Source: Obrimoposthia wandeli (Eukaryota). From it: a DNA stretch of 64,000 bases. The stretch covers positions 1-64,000 of the forward strand of contig CDROCS010005899.1 of the NCBI GenBank assembly GCA_977020255.1. The letters are read 5' to 3'. Positions 32,502 through 42,247 of the stretch are shown in pieces (the first letter of the stretch is position 1; each line of letters opens with the position of its first letter). Position numbers and translations under genes: made by a program. A model generated the notes under the pieces. That model was not told the origin of the DNA and did not search any database. It saw only the letters and a program-made list of their open reading frames with translations.

Positions 32502-32519
32502 ATCAAACAGATGTTTAAT
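32502..32519. promoter_or_regulatory. PsrA-like (TetR, fatty-acid responsive) operator upstream of the lipase
   Basis: ATCAAACAGATGTTTAAT near-palindrome matching CAAAC-N4-GTTT, ~130 bp upstream of the lipase start. Confidence 0.55.
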
Positions 32520-32986
32520 CCATGTGAGCTCGATACAAACTGAATGGTTTCTGTTGATCTAGCCAACACCATTACAAAGAGTTTTTCCAAAAATATTGAG
32601 ATTATTATTTTAGTTTCTCAGCATATTCTTTATTTCTGTTAGTACGTTTGTGCCCAGTATGTTTCTTTTATACTGTCTTTTCTTAAAGATATTTGTTGTT
32701 GTTTTTTTGGTTCAAATGTCTCTTTAAGAAACATATTCAGACTAACTTTGAGTAAAAATAAAAGCTTGAAGGAAATGATGACCCCAGTCGATAAAATCGT
32801 ACTGGCTCTATTACGATCAACAAATATTATAAATTAGACTGTGTGGATAAGCGTAAGTAGTAGGGTGCGCGCCTGAGGATTATTTATTGTTATTAAATGT
32901 TATTAGTTGTTATTAAATGTTTGCCATCTCTTTTAGCGGCATTCATCTTGGCATGATTAGGACTTATCCATTTAGTAAGCAAGTGT

Positions 32987-33694
32987 TCATTGCATTGTGG
33001 TTGTTTTTTTATTCCTAGCCAACAACCACAGCATCATAGCGGCGCCAATTCCGGCCGTACCCAAGATCATAGCCATAATCATTATTTGATAACGCACGGC
33101 GATCAGTGGCGAAACCCCAGATAAAATTTGTCCTGTCATCATGCCGGGCAGAGCCACAAGCCCTACCGCTAATAAACCATTAATTTGAGGAATCATCGAT
33201 GCATGAAAAGCGATTAGGCGTGCTTTCTCTGAGGGAACACCATTGTGCAGCTCGCTATGGTAGCGCTCAGCGGCAAGGCTAATGGCATTCATCGCATTGG
33301 CGAAATACATGCCTGCTAAAGGAATTAATAATTGTGGTTGAAACCAGCTATCCGCTTTGAGTACAAGCATTAATGAAATAGATAAGTGCAATCCCACGGA
33401 GCAGCCGAGGGCAATAATAGCGGCGGGTAAATAGCCTTTATGATGTCGCACAGGGCGAATCGCAATCCAAGCGGCGACCAGCAGCATTATGCTAACAATG
33501 CCGCTACTGATCCAAGGGGAAGGGTTTTCAAAGACGCTAATTAACACATAGCCAACTGCAACTAATTGCACAGCCATACGAATAACGGCGATGATTATTT
33601 CACTGGGCTTACCTTGCCAAGCGATATAAACCCCGCAGACTAATACGATGGGAATTAAACACCAAGCGAGGTCGAGCCAGCTGATTGTTGTCAC
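32987..33694 (-). CDS. UPF0014 (FetB/YbbM-like) ABC permease
   Basis: RMAVQLVAVGYVL, LIPLAGM, LVALPGMMTGQILSGVSPLIAVRYQI. Confidence 0.88.
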   Translation of the reverse strand: MTTISWLDLAWCLIPIVLVCGVYIAWQGKPSEIIIAVIRMAVQLVAVGYVLISVFENPSPWISSGIVSIMLLVAAWIAIRPVRHHKGYLPAAIIALGCSVGLHLSISLMLVLKADSWFQPQLLIPLAGMYFANAMNAISLAAERYHSELHNGVPSEKARLIAFHASMIPQINGLLAVGLVALPGMMTGQILSGVSPLIAVRYQIMIMAMILGTAGIGAAMMLWLLARNKKTTTMQ

Positions 33695-33723
33695 TCTTTT
33701 ATTTCCAATTTATGACTCGGCGG

Positions 33724-35433
33724 TTATAAAAAGCCTTCGTGCTCATAAACAGTGCGTAAACTTTCTACAGGCATACAGCCAGATTCTAAATACACTTTAT
33801 GAAAAGCTTGATCGAGAGCTAAAGAGCCAAGGTCTTTTTTATTAGCCGCTTGAATATCCTGCTTCAATTGCCACACCAAACGGTTGCCTGTGAGATAACT
33901 CAGCGGGTAGCTTTGCTCGCTGCTGTACCAGTTGAGTTCAGCTTGTACACGGCCATCAGTGAAGCCTGTGGCTTGTTTCAAAAGCTTGGCGGCGTTGACG
34001 AAAACATCGTCGCTATAACCATTCTCTTTGAAGCCAAGATCAAGACCAACGTCCAAGCAATCTCTCTCTCCTGTCATGAAATATAAATCGATGCCGACGC
34101 GGGCAACTAAGCGAGACATCTCACGCTTGGCAATAAAGCGAACTTCATCGACAAGATCCTCACTGATGTAGCCTACATCCAGCATGTAGTCTTCTAGCAT
34201 GGTGGTCCAGCCTTCAGCGTGTTCGTTGGCTGAAAAGATACGACGAATAAAAGACGGATGCTGAGCGGCCGTAGCAAACTGTAAATGATGCCCAGGAATA
34301 CCTTCGTGAATCATCATCATCGGAATACCCAGTTCGGTATGTTCTGCGAGTTGGTCTTCTTTCAGGGTGAGATAAACGAGGCTTGTTTTTTTACCAGGGC
34401 GAAGTGCCAAGGGTGGCCACATAGCGCCCGCAGGAATAACAGGTTCTAAGAAGCTAGGAGTTTGTAATAAACGAATTTCTTGTTGAACCGGTATCGCAAA
34501 TAGGTGACGTTGCTCAATGAATTCGTTAATGGATTTTATTTGATCTGAGTAATAATCCAGTACCGAACTTAATTCACCTTCTTTTATTTTGGCGGCAAAT
34601 TGCTCGTTTAAATACTCGTGCAGTGCCTCGTCGCTAGTACTTGCATCTAGGGCGTATTTTTTGCAAAGACGTTTATTTAATACCGTTAATAGCGCCTGCG
34701 AATTGGCCATAAAATCGCGTGCCATTTGAATCAGCTCTGCAGGAGATTGCTTAATATTACGCAGCGCGAGTAACTCGATAACTTTTTCTTCGCCAATTTT
34801 GAAATCGATTAAACACTCTCGTGCTTTTAGATCATCTAAATAAAGACTTAATGCTGCATTGCAGGCGGTAATGGCTTGCTGAAGTTCTGACTGTTTAGGG
34901 TAGTCGGTTTCTTTTGCCCAATTATAAAGAGTGGCAAACAAGTCAGGTAGGCCTTCACCTTGTTCTAGTTCAATATCGCGCCAGCGCTGAATTGGCTGAG
35001 TAATGACTTCTGCTTCGACTCTTAAATAGTCTGGAGCTTGTTGTAAGCGAGATAGAATGTTATCTAAGCGTGCTTCTGCGCTTCTTTCGTCATTAACGAA
35101 CAGCTGAAAAATACCCTCACTAATACCATCAACTCCGCCGGGTTTACGGCATCGCTGTGGCTGACCATCTTGCTCTAGTTCGGCAAAGAATATCTGTTGC
35201 TTTAAATAGCGAGCCATAAGGTCGATATCAAGTTGCTGATCAAAATCATCACCTGAGCAGTTTTCAATGGTCGCTAATAAGGCTTTTGCTTGTGCAGTAT
35301 CATTTTTTAACTGCTCTAGGCTCGGATCACCGAGTTGGTCGAGATGGCTATTATCGCCTAAGCCCATACTGGTATCGGCATCGGATAAAACGAATTTTTT
35401 AAAGTCTTGGTTTATGGAAGAAAAGTCGGACAT
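33724..35433 (-). CDS. DUF885 family protein, no signal peptide
   Basis: HEGIPGHHLQ and EGWTTMLE motifs, YLTGNR. Confidence 0.8.
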   Translation of the reverse strand: MSDFSSINQDFKKFVLSDADTSMGLGDNSHLDQLGDPSLEQLKNDTAQAKALLATIENCSGDDFDQQLDIDLMARYLKQQIFFAELEQDGQPQRCRKPGGVDGISEGIFQLFVNDERSAEARLDNILSRLQQAPDYLRVEAEVITQPIQRWRDIELEQGEGLPDLFATLYNWAKETDYPKQSELQQAITACNAALSLYLDDLKARECLIDFKIGEEKVIELLALRNIKQSPAELIQMARDFMANSQALLTVLNKRLCKKYALDASTSDEALHEYLNEQFAAKIKEGELSSVLDYYSDQIKSINEFIEQRHLFAIPVQQEIRLLQTPSFLEPVIPAGAMWPPLALRPGKKTSLVYLTLKEDQLAEHTELGIPMMMIHEGIPGHHLQFATAAQHPSFIRRIFSANEHAEGWTTMLEDYMLDVGYISEDLVDEVRFIAKREMSRLVARVGIDLYFMTGERDCLDVGLDLGFKENGYSDDVFVNAAKLLKQATGFTDGRVQAELNWYSSEQSYPLSYLTGNRLVWQLKQDIQAANKKDLGSLALDQAFHKVYLESGCMPVESLRTVYEHEGFL

Positions 35434-35445
35434 GTACGCTCATTC

Positions 35446-37794
35446 TTATTTGTAATTATTTACGGCTAGATCCAGTTTACAGGCTTGGTCTAGTGGCATC
35501 GGTTTATAGAAATAAAAGCCTTGAATCATATCAACCTTTAAATTACCGAGGTAATTCAGTTGATCAACTTCTTCGACGCCTTCAGCAACGATGACTAATC
35601 CTAACTTATGTGCCAGTGAAATAATATGCTCAACAACAAAGCCTGAGCGAATATCAGAAGGAATTTTTTTAACGAACGAATAATCTAGCTTAATCACGTT
35701 GACGGGCAGATTCTGGATGTAAGAAAGGGAAGAGTAGCCCGTGCCAAAATCATCGAGAGCAACATGGAAACCAGCCGCTTGTAATTCACTACTAATTTCT
35801 ATCGCCTGATCAAGATCTTCTAACATAGAGCTTTCTGTTAGCTCAAACTCTAAATATTTTGGATCGACTGAAAATCGATGACAAGTTGCTAATAAATCTT
35901 TCACTAAGGACGATTGGCTAAAGAAAATCGAAGAAAGATTAATCGATAACCTGAATCCAGGGTTTACCTTGTAATAATTGATCAACTCATTCGCTTCAGA
36001 CAAAATGGTCTCAAAAATGGCTTTTTCTAACTCCATCATTATGACGGGATTATTTTCAACAACGGGTAAAAATTTACCGGGTAATAATATGCCTTTTACG
36101 GGGTGATCCCAGCGAATAAGGGCTTCTAAACCTTGAATCTTACCACTTAGGTAGTTTATTTTTGGTTGATAGTAAGCGATGAATTCCTGCTTATGAATGC
36201 TCTCAACCACCTCTGCAATTAAGGCTTCGTTGCGGCTCGCTTTTTCTAGAATCAATAAATTAAAGGAGGATAGTATGTCTGAATTAGTGTCTTTTGAATA
36301 TTGTAAGGTTAGCTCTGCTCGTGTTGCTAGCATTGAGTTTTCTAAGCTAAAATCAAGCTTCACCGCCCCAGAACGCAGCACAATACAATCGTTGTCGTGA
36401 GTTATTTTCTCTAGCAAAATATTGATTTTTCGCTCTAGCTCAGTGAAGCTCTCTGCGCTGGCAATAATGGCAAACTTACCCCCATACAGGCTGTAAGTAT
36501 GACTGCCTCTTAATGCACACTCGGTTAATAATTTAGCGACTTCTCTAATTAACTGATCGGCTCTCGGGAAACCTTGTTCTTTATTGATTTTTTGCAGTCC
36601 CGCTATATCTACCAATACAAGATATTGGTTGTTCCTTTTTTTGATGCGGCATTTTTCGATATAAAGCATCATTGATGAGCGATTTTTTAGACCGGTTAAT
36701 ACATCTTCAAAAGCGGCTTTTTCTAAACGATTAATAGCGGTATCTAATTTACTCTTTAGTGTTCTGTTCCATACATACATAGCAGAAATGATCACTATGG
36801 CGAATATCACTGTGATCAGGACATAGGTAATCCAGCGACGATCTTGGTAGAATTCATTATAAATTGAGCTGGGTTTGAATATGGCTTGGCCGCCTGTCGT
36901 TTCATTGAAAGAGTCAAACATTGCTGCCCAGCGTACAGGGCTGGAAGTACCTAGCGGAACATTGTTGGTATCAATTAAATCAGCGGTAATTTTTGCTTCG
37001 TATTGCTGATGACTGAGGTTAAAAGGCTGAGGGTTTTTTGTCGGCAAGCTCATCGTATATTCAATGATTGCTTCAGGGTGCTCCAAGGCATAATTCCAGC
37101 CTCGAATAACCGCACGGCGCATTGCGGCTACACGCTCTGGATGGTTATTCAGTTCGTTTTTACTGGTTGCGAAATTATCTCCGTAGAAATTAATACCATA
37201 ATCTTGGGGTCTAAACAGGTCAACTTCAAATCCAAGTTGTTGCAATAGATAGGGCTCATTGCTGATATAACCGTACATAGCAAAAACGGAACCGTCGGCC
37301 AGCCTATTCACATCACCGTCATAGCTCGCTATTTGATAATCTTCAGATGTGAGTGAATTCTTTAATAACATGGCCGCAATCTGGCCAGAAATATAGTTGT
37401 TGGCCAGCATGAGGGGCTTATTTTTAAATGCCTTTATGGACTCTACGTGGTTTGATTTGAGTGTCATTAGCACTTCTGGAGCATGCTGAAAAATGGAGGC
37501 AACAATAATGACAGGAGAGTCTAAGGCCAAAGAGCCTAAGGCTTCGCTCCCTAAAACTGCATATTGACTAGAGCCATTGATTAATTGGTGTAAATGGTTG
37601 ATATCAGGGCCACCCTCAACAAGGGTTACATTGTAGCCTTCATCGGTAAAATAGCCTTGCTGTTGAGCGGCGTAATAACCCGCAAATTGGAACTTGTGAT
37701 ACCACTTCAAGTGAATTGAAATGTCTTCAGCTATTGCCCACGAGGAGCAAAGAAATAATAGCAATAGCCGACAGAGAATTTTTATCTGGGTCAC
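35446..37794 (-). CDS. NMT1/THI5-like binding domain + TM + degenerate GGDEF + EAL phosphodiesterase
   Basis: LKWYHKFQFAGYYAA N-terminus; DVLTGLKNR; GGDEF position reads YGGKF; EAL, ELTES, DDFGTGYSSL, AEGVE, QGF intact. Confidence 0.88.
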   Translation of the reverse strand: MTQIKILCRLLLLFLCSSWAIAEDISIHLKWYHKFQFAGYYAAQQQGYFTDEGYNVTLVEGGPDINHLHQLINGSSQYAVLGSEALGSLALDSPVIIVASIFQHAPEVLMTLKSNHVESIKAFKNKPLMLANNYISGQIAAMLLKNSLTSEDYQIASYDGDVNRLADGSVFAMYGYISNEPYLLQQLGFEVDLFRPQDYGINFYGDNFATSKNELNNHPERVAAMRRAVIRGWNYALEHPEAIIEYTMSLPTKNPQPFNLSHQQYEAKITADLIDTNNVPLGTSSPVRWAAMFDSFNETTGGQAIFKPSSIYNEFYQDRRWITYVLITVIFAIVIISAMYVWNRTLKSKLDTAINRLEKAAFEDVLTGLKNRSSMMLYIEKCRIKKRNNQYLVLVDIAGLQKINKEQGFPRADQLIREVAKLLTECALRGSHTYSLYGGKFAIIASAESFTELERKINILLEKITHDNDCIVLRSGAVKLDFSLENSMLATRAELTLQYSKDTNSDILSSFNLLILEKASRNEALIAEVVESIHKQEFIAYYQPKINYLSGKIQGLEALIRWDHPVKGILLPGKFLPVVENNPVIMMELEKAIFETILSEANELINYYKVNPGFRLSINLSSIFFSQSSLVKDLLATCHRFSVDPKYLEFELTESSMLEDLDQAIEISSELQAAGFHVALDDFGTGYSSLSYIQNLPVNVIKLDYSFVKKIPSDIRSGFVVEHIISLAHKLGLVIVAEGVEEVDQLNYLGNLKVDMIQGFYFYKPMPLDQACKLDLAVNNYK

Positions 37795-38223
37795 TTAATA
37801 GCCAATAAAATAGGTAGATAGTTATACAATATAGCACAAAGCCTAGGACCTGCTGGATTTGCTCAGTCCTGTACACTCGTTTATATCTGAATGCTCAAAT
37901 TCAGATTTTTAGTTAAAATACTAATAAATAAGTATGGTTTTGTGACCTATTATTTGATCAGTAAGCGCTGAGTTGAGTCATCAGGGAGTCGTCGAATTTC
38001 TCTAGAATTCATTTAGAGTGGCGTATTATGTTGCATAGAATGGTAGGTAAGAGTAAAACCCCTCATTTATCTTATGCCATTACGTGGTTAAGCAAATCAT
38101 TAAGATAAGTATCAAATCAAGTATACGTAGACTTGTCGCTATACTGGTTACATTAACAATGACACTATGCGCCAAAATAAGTGCTTTCTACATGAGTGCT
38201 TAATGAGCAATTTCAGGATTTAT

Positions 38224-40368
38224 ATGCTGTTCAAGAAAATACCCTCCTTTATTCGTATCCTACTTGCGATGGTCGCTGGGCTTGCGATTGGTGCCTATAC
38301 GTCAACTGTTTTTATGGGTGTTGATGCAATCGCGAATGCTTTTGTCATGCTGTTACAAATGACAGCTCTGCCTTATATATCGTTATCACTCATTGTGGGT
38401 ATCGGTGGATTATCTTCTACGGGACTCAGTAGTACTTTTAAACAAAGTTTACTGGTTTTATTTGTATTAATAGCGACTGTTTTATTCTTCATATTTTTGG
38501 CACCCATTGCTTTTCCAAATTGGACGACGGCTGAGTTTTATAGCGCCGAAACTATTAAGGTAAATACTGAATTTGATCTGGTAAATTTATTCATTCCTGC
38601 CAATCCATTTAATGCCTTTGCTAATGCACTAATTCCTTCTATCGTCACATTCAGCATATTCATGGGGATTGGACTCATGAATGTGCATCGGAAAAAACAT
38701 GCATTATTACTATTAGGGCATCTACAAACGGCCGTCGCGAATGTCAGTATTATGGTGATGCGTTTTGCACCCGTAGGTATTTTTTGTATTGGTTTACGTG
38801 CTGCGGCTACGGTTGACCCTTCTGACTTAGATGGTCTGCTGGTTTACATTGTGACTTCCGCTGTATTGGTGGCTTTACTTGCGTTTATTGTACTGCCGAC
38901 GATGGTGGCAATTGTGACGCCTTTTGGTTATCGAAAAATAATGAAAGCATCGCGTGAAGCTATGGTGACTGCCTTTGCAACCGGTAGCTTTTTTATTGTT
39001 CTTCCCGTTATTGTTGAAAAAACCAAAATACTGATTGCGGAAATGCATTCGACTAATAAAGATATTGAAAAAGTGCCGAGCATTATGGTGCCGATCACTT
39101 TTAGCTTGCCGGTGGGAGGCAAGTTATTAGCATTGTTATTCACCTTGTTTGCGGCTTGGTTTTCGGGTGCGCATATTTCATTCAGCGATTATGTAACCCT
39201 TGTGGTGGTTGGAGTACCTCAGTTATTTGGTACTAGCGTAATTGCTGTGCCAAAGTTATTGGAATTGTTCAATGTATCTGGATCTATGTTTGATTTTTTT
39301 CTGGTGGCTGAAAATTTAATTGTTGGACGTATTGCGGCCTTGTTATCGGTTATTTTTGCTGTTTGCTTACCTTTGCTTATTGCCACAAGCATGGTTAGTG
39401 AATTTACCTTTAAATGGCGCCAATTCGGGCGCAATATTTTAATCATTCCGTTAGTCTGTATCGCTTCATTTGTTTCAGTAAAGTACACATTTCAGGCGAT
39501 AAGTTATCAATATGAAGGTTATAGAAAATTCATTAATCGTGACTTTTTATACGGTGATATTCCCACTACTTATCTTGAAAAACCAAGCGCTATCCGTGCT
39601 GATGCCCAACCGCTTAGTGGAGTACTTGATCGAGTAAAGCAGAGAGGGTTTTTACGTGTTGGCTATTTTAGAGATGACTTACCGTATTCATTCCATAATA
39701 GTGATGGAAAATTAGTAGGGTTTGATATTGAGATAATGAATTTATTAGCGGGGGATCTGGGTGTTGGAATTGAATTTGTTAAGATTTTCCGTAAAGAAGC
39801 TGCCCCCTTGTTGGCATCGGGTTATTTAGATATCACCTCAGGTGTTCCTGTTATTCCTGACAACATGAAAGAATTCTCTCTTTCCTTGCCTTATAGCAGT
39901 CAGCATATTGCTTTTGTTGTTAAAGATGAGCGCAGAGCCGAATTTGTTGATTGGAAGAACATAGTCGATCGCAAAGATTTGATTATTGGTATCCCGGAGA
40001 AAATCTATTATGAAAAAGCCATCAAGGCTTATTTTACCAATGGCAAGGCGTGGCAGATATCCACGCCAAGGTTGTTCTTCAAAGAGAAATTTGAGCATAT
40101 AGATGCCATGTTATTGGGTGCACCTGCAGCCTCGGCTTGGACCTTGCTCAACCCAGATTATACGGTAGTCTCTCCCAAACCTTTGCAGCCCGTATTAGCC
40201 ATGGCCTTTCCAATTAATAAAGAAGATCACTCATTTGAGTTATTCTTGAGAACTTGGATTAGCATGAAGAAGAGAAGTAAGTCTCTGGATCGATTATTTA
40301 GGTATTGGATTGAAGGTAAAAAACCGAGTGGATTTACCCCTAAACCTCTGCTGCGAAAAACTCCATAA
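38224..40368 (+). CDS. Dicarboxylate/amino acid:cation symporter fused to a C-terminal family-3 binding domain
   Basis: N-terminal SDF-like helices (NLFIPANPF, MRFAPVGIF); C-terminal RVKQRGFLRVGY, LVGFDIE; start chosen at the SD-preceded ATG. Confidence 0.8.
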   Translation: MLFKKIPSFIRILLAMVAGLAIGAYTSTVFMGVDAIANAFVMLLQMTALPYISLSLIVGIGGLSSTGLSSTFKQSLLVLFVLIATVLFFIFLAPIAFPNWTTAEFYSAETIKVNTEFDLVNLFIPANPFNAFANALIPSIVTFSIFMGIGLMNVHRKKHALLLLGHLQTAVANVSIMVMRFAPVGIFCIGLRAAATVDPSDLDGLLVYIVTSAVLVALLAFIVLPTMVAIVTPFGYRKIMKASREAMVTAFATGSFFIVLPVIVEKTKILIAEMHSTNKDIEKVPSIMVPITFSLPVGGKLLALLFTLFAAWFSGAHISFSDYVTLVVVGVPQLFGTSVIAVPKLLELFNVSGSMFDFFLVAENLIVGRIAALLSVIFAVCLPLLIATSMVSEFTFKWRQFGRNILIIPLVCIASFVSVKYTFQAISYQYEGYRKFINRDFLYGDIPTTYLEKPSAIRADAQPLSGVLDRVKQRGFLRVGYFRDDLPYSFHNSDGKLVGFDIEIMNLLAGDLGVGIEFVKIFRKEAAPLLASGYLDITSGVPVIPDNMKEFSLSLPYSSQHIAFVVKDERRAEFVDWKNIVDRKDLIIGIPEKIYYEKAIKAYFTNGKAWQISTPRLFFKEKFEHIDAMLLGAPAASAWTLLNPDYTVVSPKPLQPVLAMAFPINKEDHSFELFLRTWISMKKRSKSLDRLFRYWIEGKKPSGFTPKPLLRKTP

Positions 40369-40765
40369 TCTCGGCGCGAGTCATTTCTTTGGTCTTATTG
40401 GCTAGGCAATAATAGTTAGGCCGCTGGTCGCTGAAATACTGCATGTCCATTGTGAGGTTGGTTAGCTGTTGGAATAAACCTACGGGCATATTGTACGCAC
40501 CTGTTTTATCAAACTTATAAAACAGGTGCGTGCCACATTCAGAGCAAAAACCACGACACGCCCAAGCTGAAGATTTGTAGGTCTTAATCTTGTCGGCATT
40601 TTCAAACGTAACATCGCTGCCACACTGCAAAGCAAAGTAGGGCGCACCACTCCACGCTCGGCATGAATCGCAGTGGCAGACCGTAAATTTTGGATTCACT
40701 TCTGCTACGGTAATTTTAACTGTGCCACAAAGGCATTGGGTATTGACTGCTTTGAATTCTGACAT
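40340..40765 (-). CDS. GFA (glutathione-dependent formaldehyde-activating) family protein
   Basis: CLCGTV, CHCDSCR, RGFCSECGTHL. Confidence 0.9.
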   Translation of the reverse strand: MSEFKAVNTQCLCGTVKITVAEVNPKFTVCHCDSCRAWSGAPYFALQCGSDVTFENADKIKTYKSSAWACRGFCSECGTHLFYKFDKTGAYNMPVGLFQQLTNLTMDMQYFSDQRPNYYCLANKTKEMTRAEIMEFFAAEV

Positions 40766-40824
40766 GATGAAATTCCTTTTAAATATTGATGCTGTGTAAT
40801 ACGTAATCAGGGAATGATTAAAAA

Positions 40825-41409
40825 TTAACTATATCGTGACCTACTGACAAGGCGTGTCAGTAGGCTTCTGAAAAAACTTTCTCTTAAACCTAATGCCAAT
40901 AATTGATCCCAGCTCGGCTCGCTGATTGCACTCGGTGTCACCAGTAATAGCTCTTCCTCAGCCACCGCTTTAAGGCTCACTTCGTTCAAGGTCGATAGAC
41001 AGGTCATGATACCGATATCGATTTTATGTTCGGCGATTAATTTTTCTATTTCATGGTTAGGGGCAAATCGATATTCCACAACCAGCTTGGGATAGCGCTT
41101 TTGTAAATTTAACAAATGCGGATACAGTTTAAGGCCAACACTGCCAGGTGATGCGACCCTTACTATGCCCTCATTTGTCGGGTCTAGCCCAACCTGCTGC
41201 TCAAGGTCAGACAAAGAGAGAATCAGTTTATGGCCTTCTTGATAAAGACGGTCGCCCGCGGTGGTGAGGGTGAAGCGTTTACCTTCGCGAATCAGTAGCG
41301 CCTGACCGAGGTACTCTTCTAGCTTGCGTATGTGCTGACTCACCCCCGATTGGGTCATATACAGGTTCTCGGCGGTGCAGAAGCTGCGTAGTCATGCTGG
41401 ATTGATCAT
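40825..41409 (-). pseudogene. LysR-family regulator, decayed
   Basis: ATG at 41409: MINPA*LRSFCT|AENLYMTQSGVSQHIRKLE (premature TGA and missing HTH segment); C-terminal half replaced after SWDQLLALG. Confidence 0.85.
40840..40864. repeat. Perfect 10-bp inverted repeat at the LysR truncation point
   Basis: CCTACTGACA-AGGCG-TGTCAGTAGG. Confidence 0.75.
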
Positions 41410-41435
41410 TACAAAACGTACTCATATGTATTTCA

Positions 41436-41629
41436 GATGATAATTTTGAATACTGGAAAACAGGTATCTTTCACTTTTGTGTGCAAGATCCAAACGTTGA
41501 AGAACTGGCTGAAAAAATTGTCGCAGCGGGCGGTAAAAAGCGTATGGAAGACCCATTTGGTAATATCTTAGAGATTTATAGCCACAGCTATGAGCTGGTT
41601 TATAGCGAAGTGCTTATTCGGCTTATTAG
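41436..41629 (+). pseudogene. Remnant of a VOC/glyoxalase-family gene, divergent from the LysR
   Basis: Hand translation DDNFEYWKTGIFHFCVQDPNVEELAEKIVAAGGKKRM|EDPFGNILEIYSHSYELVYSE; N-terminal half and an internal segment missing. Confidence 0.8.
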
Positions 41630-41732
41630 AAAGGCACTTAGTTAGGCGGGGTTTGCTAGAGATTTTAGTTAGCTAATAAAACTCGGAAGCACTGACTATT
41701 TGTCAGTATGCTATCCGAGTTCTAAGTATCGA

Positions 41733-41756
41733 TATTTAGGTATTTAGGTATTTAGG
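41733..41756. repeat. 8-bp tandem repeat TATTTAGG x3
   Basis: Read directly from the sequence. Confidence 0.85.
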
Positions 41757-41792
41757 TATCAAGATTTAAGTATCAATACGGTACTCAGTATT

Positions 41793-42098
41793 TTATTCGT
41801 CTGATGACGCATCTGTCTTAGGCTTATGGGCTTCAGCTCTAACTAGAATCTCAACATAGAATTCAGTTAATTCTTGCTCAACGGCTTCATCAATCTTTTT
41901 ATTAATTTCTGGTGTGAAAACTGCAACGGCGGCATCTTGCGTAGCGCCGAATTTGCAATCAAATGTCCAATAGTCAGTCCCTTCTGGTAATGTCTTTCTG
42001 CGCTCTCTACCAAGATATTTCTTGATATCATGCTTAATAGACTCGACCAAACGGGCTGTCTTAATTTTAGGGTGGGTTAACGCGATAGTCTTTTTCAT
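41793..42098 (-). CDS. DUF6172-like conserved small protein
   Basis: MKKT..LTHPKIK, IKHDIKKYL.RERRK.LPEG.DYW.FDCKFG. Confidence 0.7.
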   Translation of the reverse strand: MKKTIALTHPKIKTARLVESIKHDIKKYLGRERRKTLPEGTDYWTFDCKFGATQDAAVAVFTPEINKKIDEAVEQELTEFYVEILVRAEAHKPKTDASSDE

Positions 42099-42247
42099 GG
42101 TGTTCCAAGCTTGTATCTGAGATGGGCATGCATCCTAGATGCAAACAGCTCAATGGCGATTAAACGAGCATTCTACATGGATAGGCCGAATATAACTGCT
42201 ACTTTTCGTAATTCCTGTCATACAACCCAATTAGGCAATGTGGGTCT

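Noticed and set aside
32887-32921. 15-bp direct repeat TTGTTATTAAATGTT x2
   Set aside because: AT-rich local duplication in a 3' region; resemblance to the CTATTAAATGTTAAC end of element A is likely chance
41733-41756. TATTTAGG x3 as a phase-variation switch
   Set aside because: Lies between convergent 3' ends, not in a promoter or ORF
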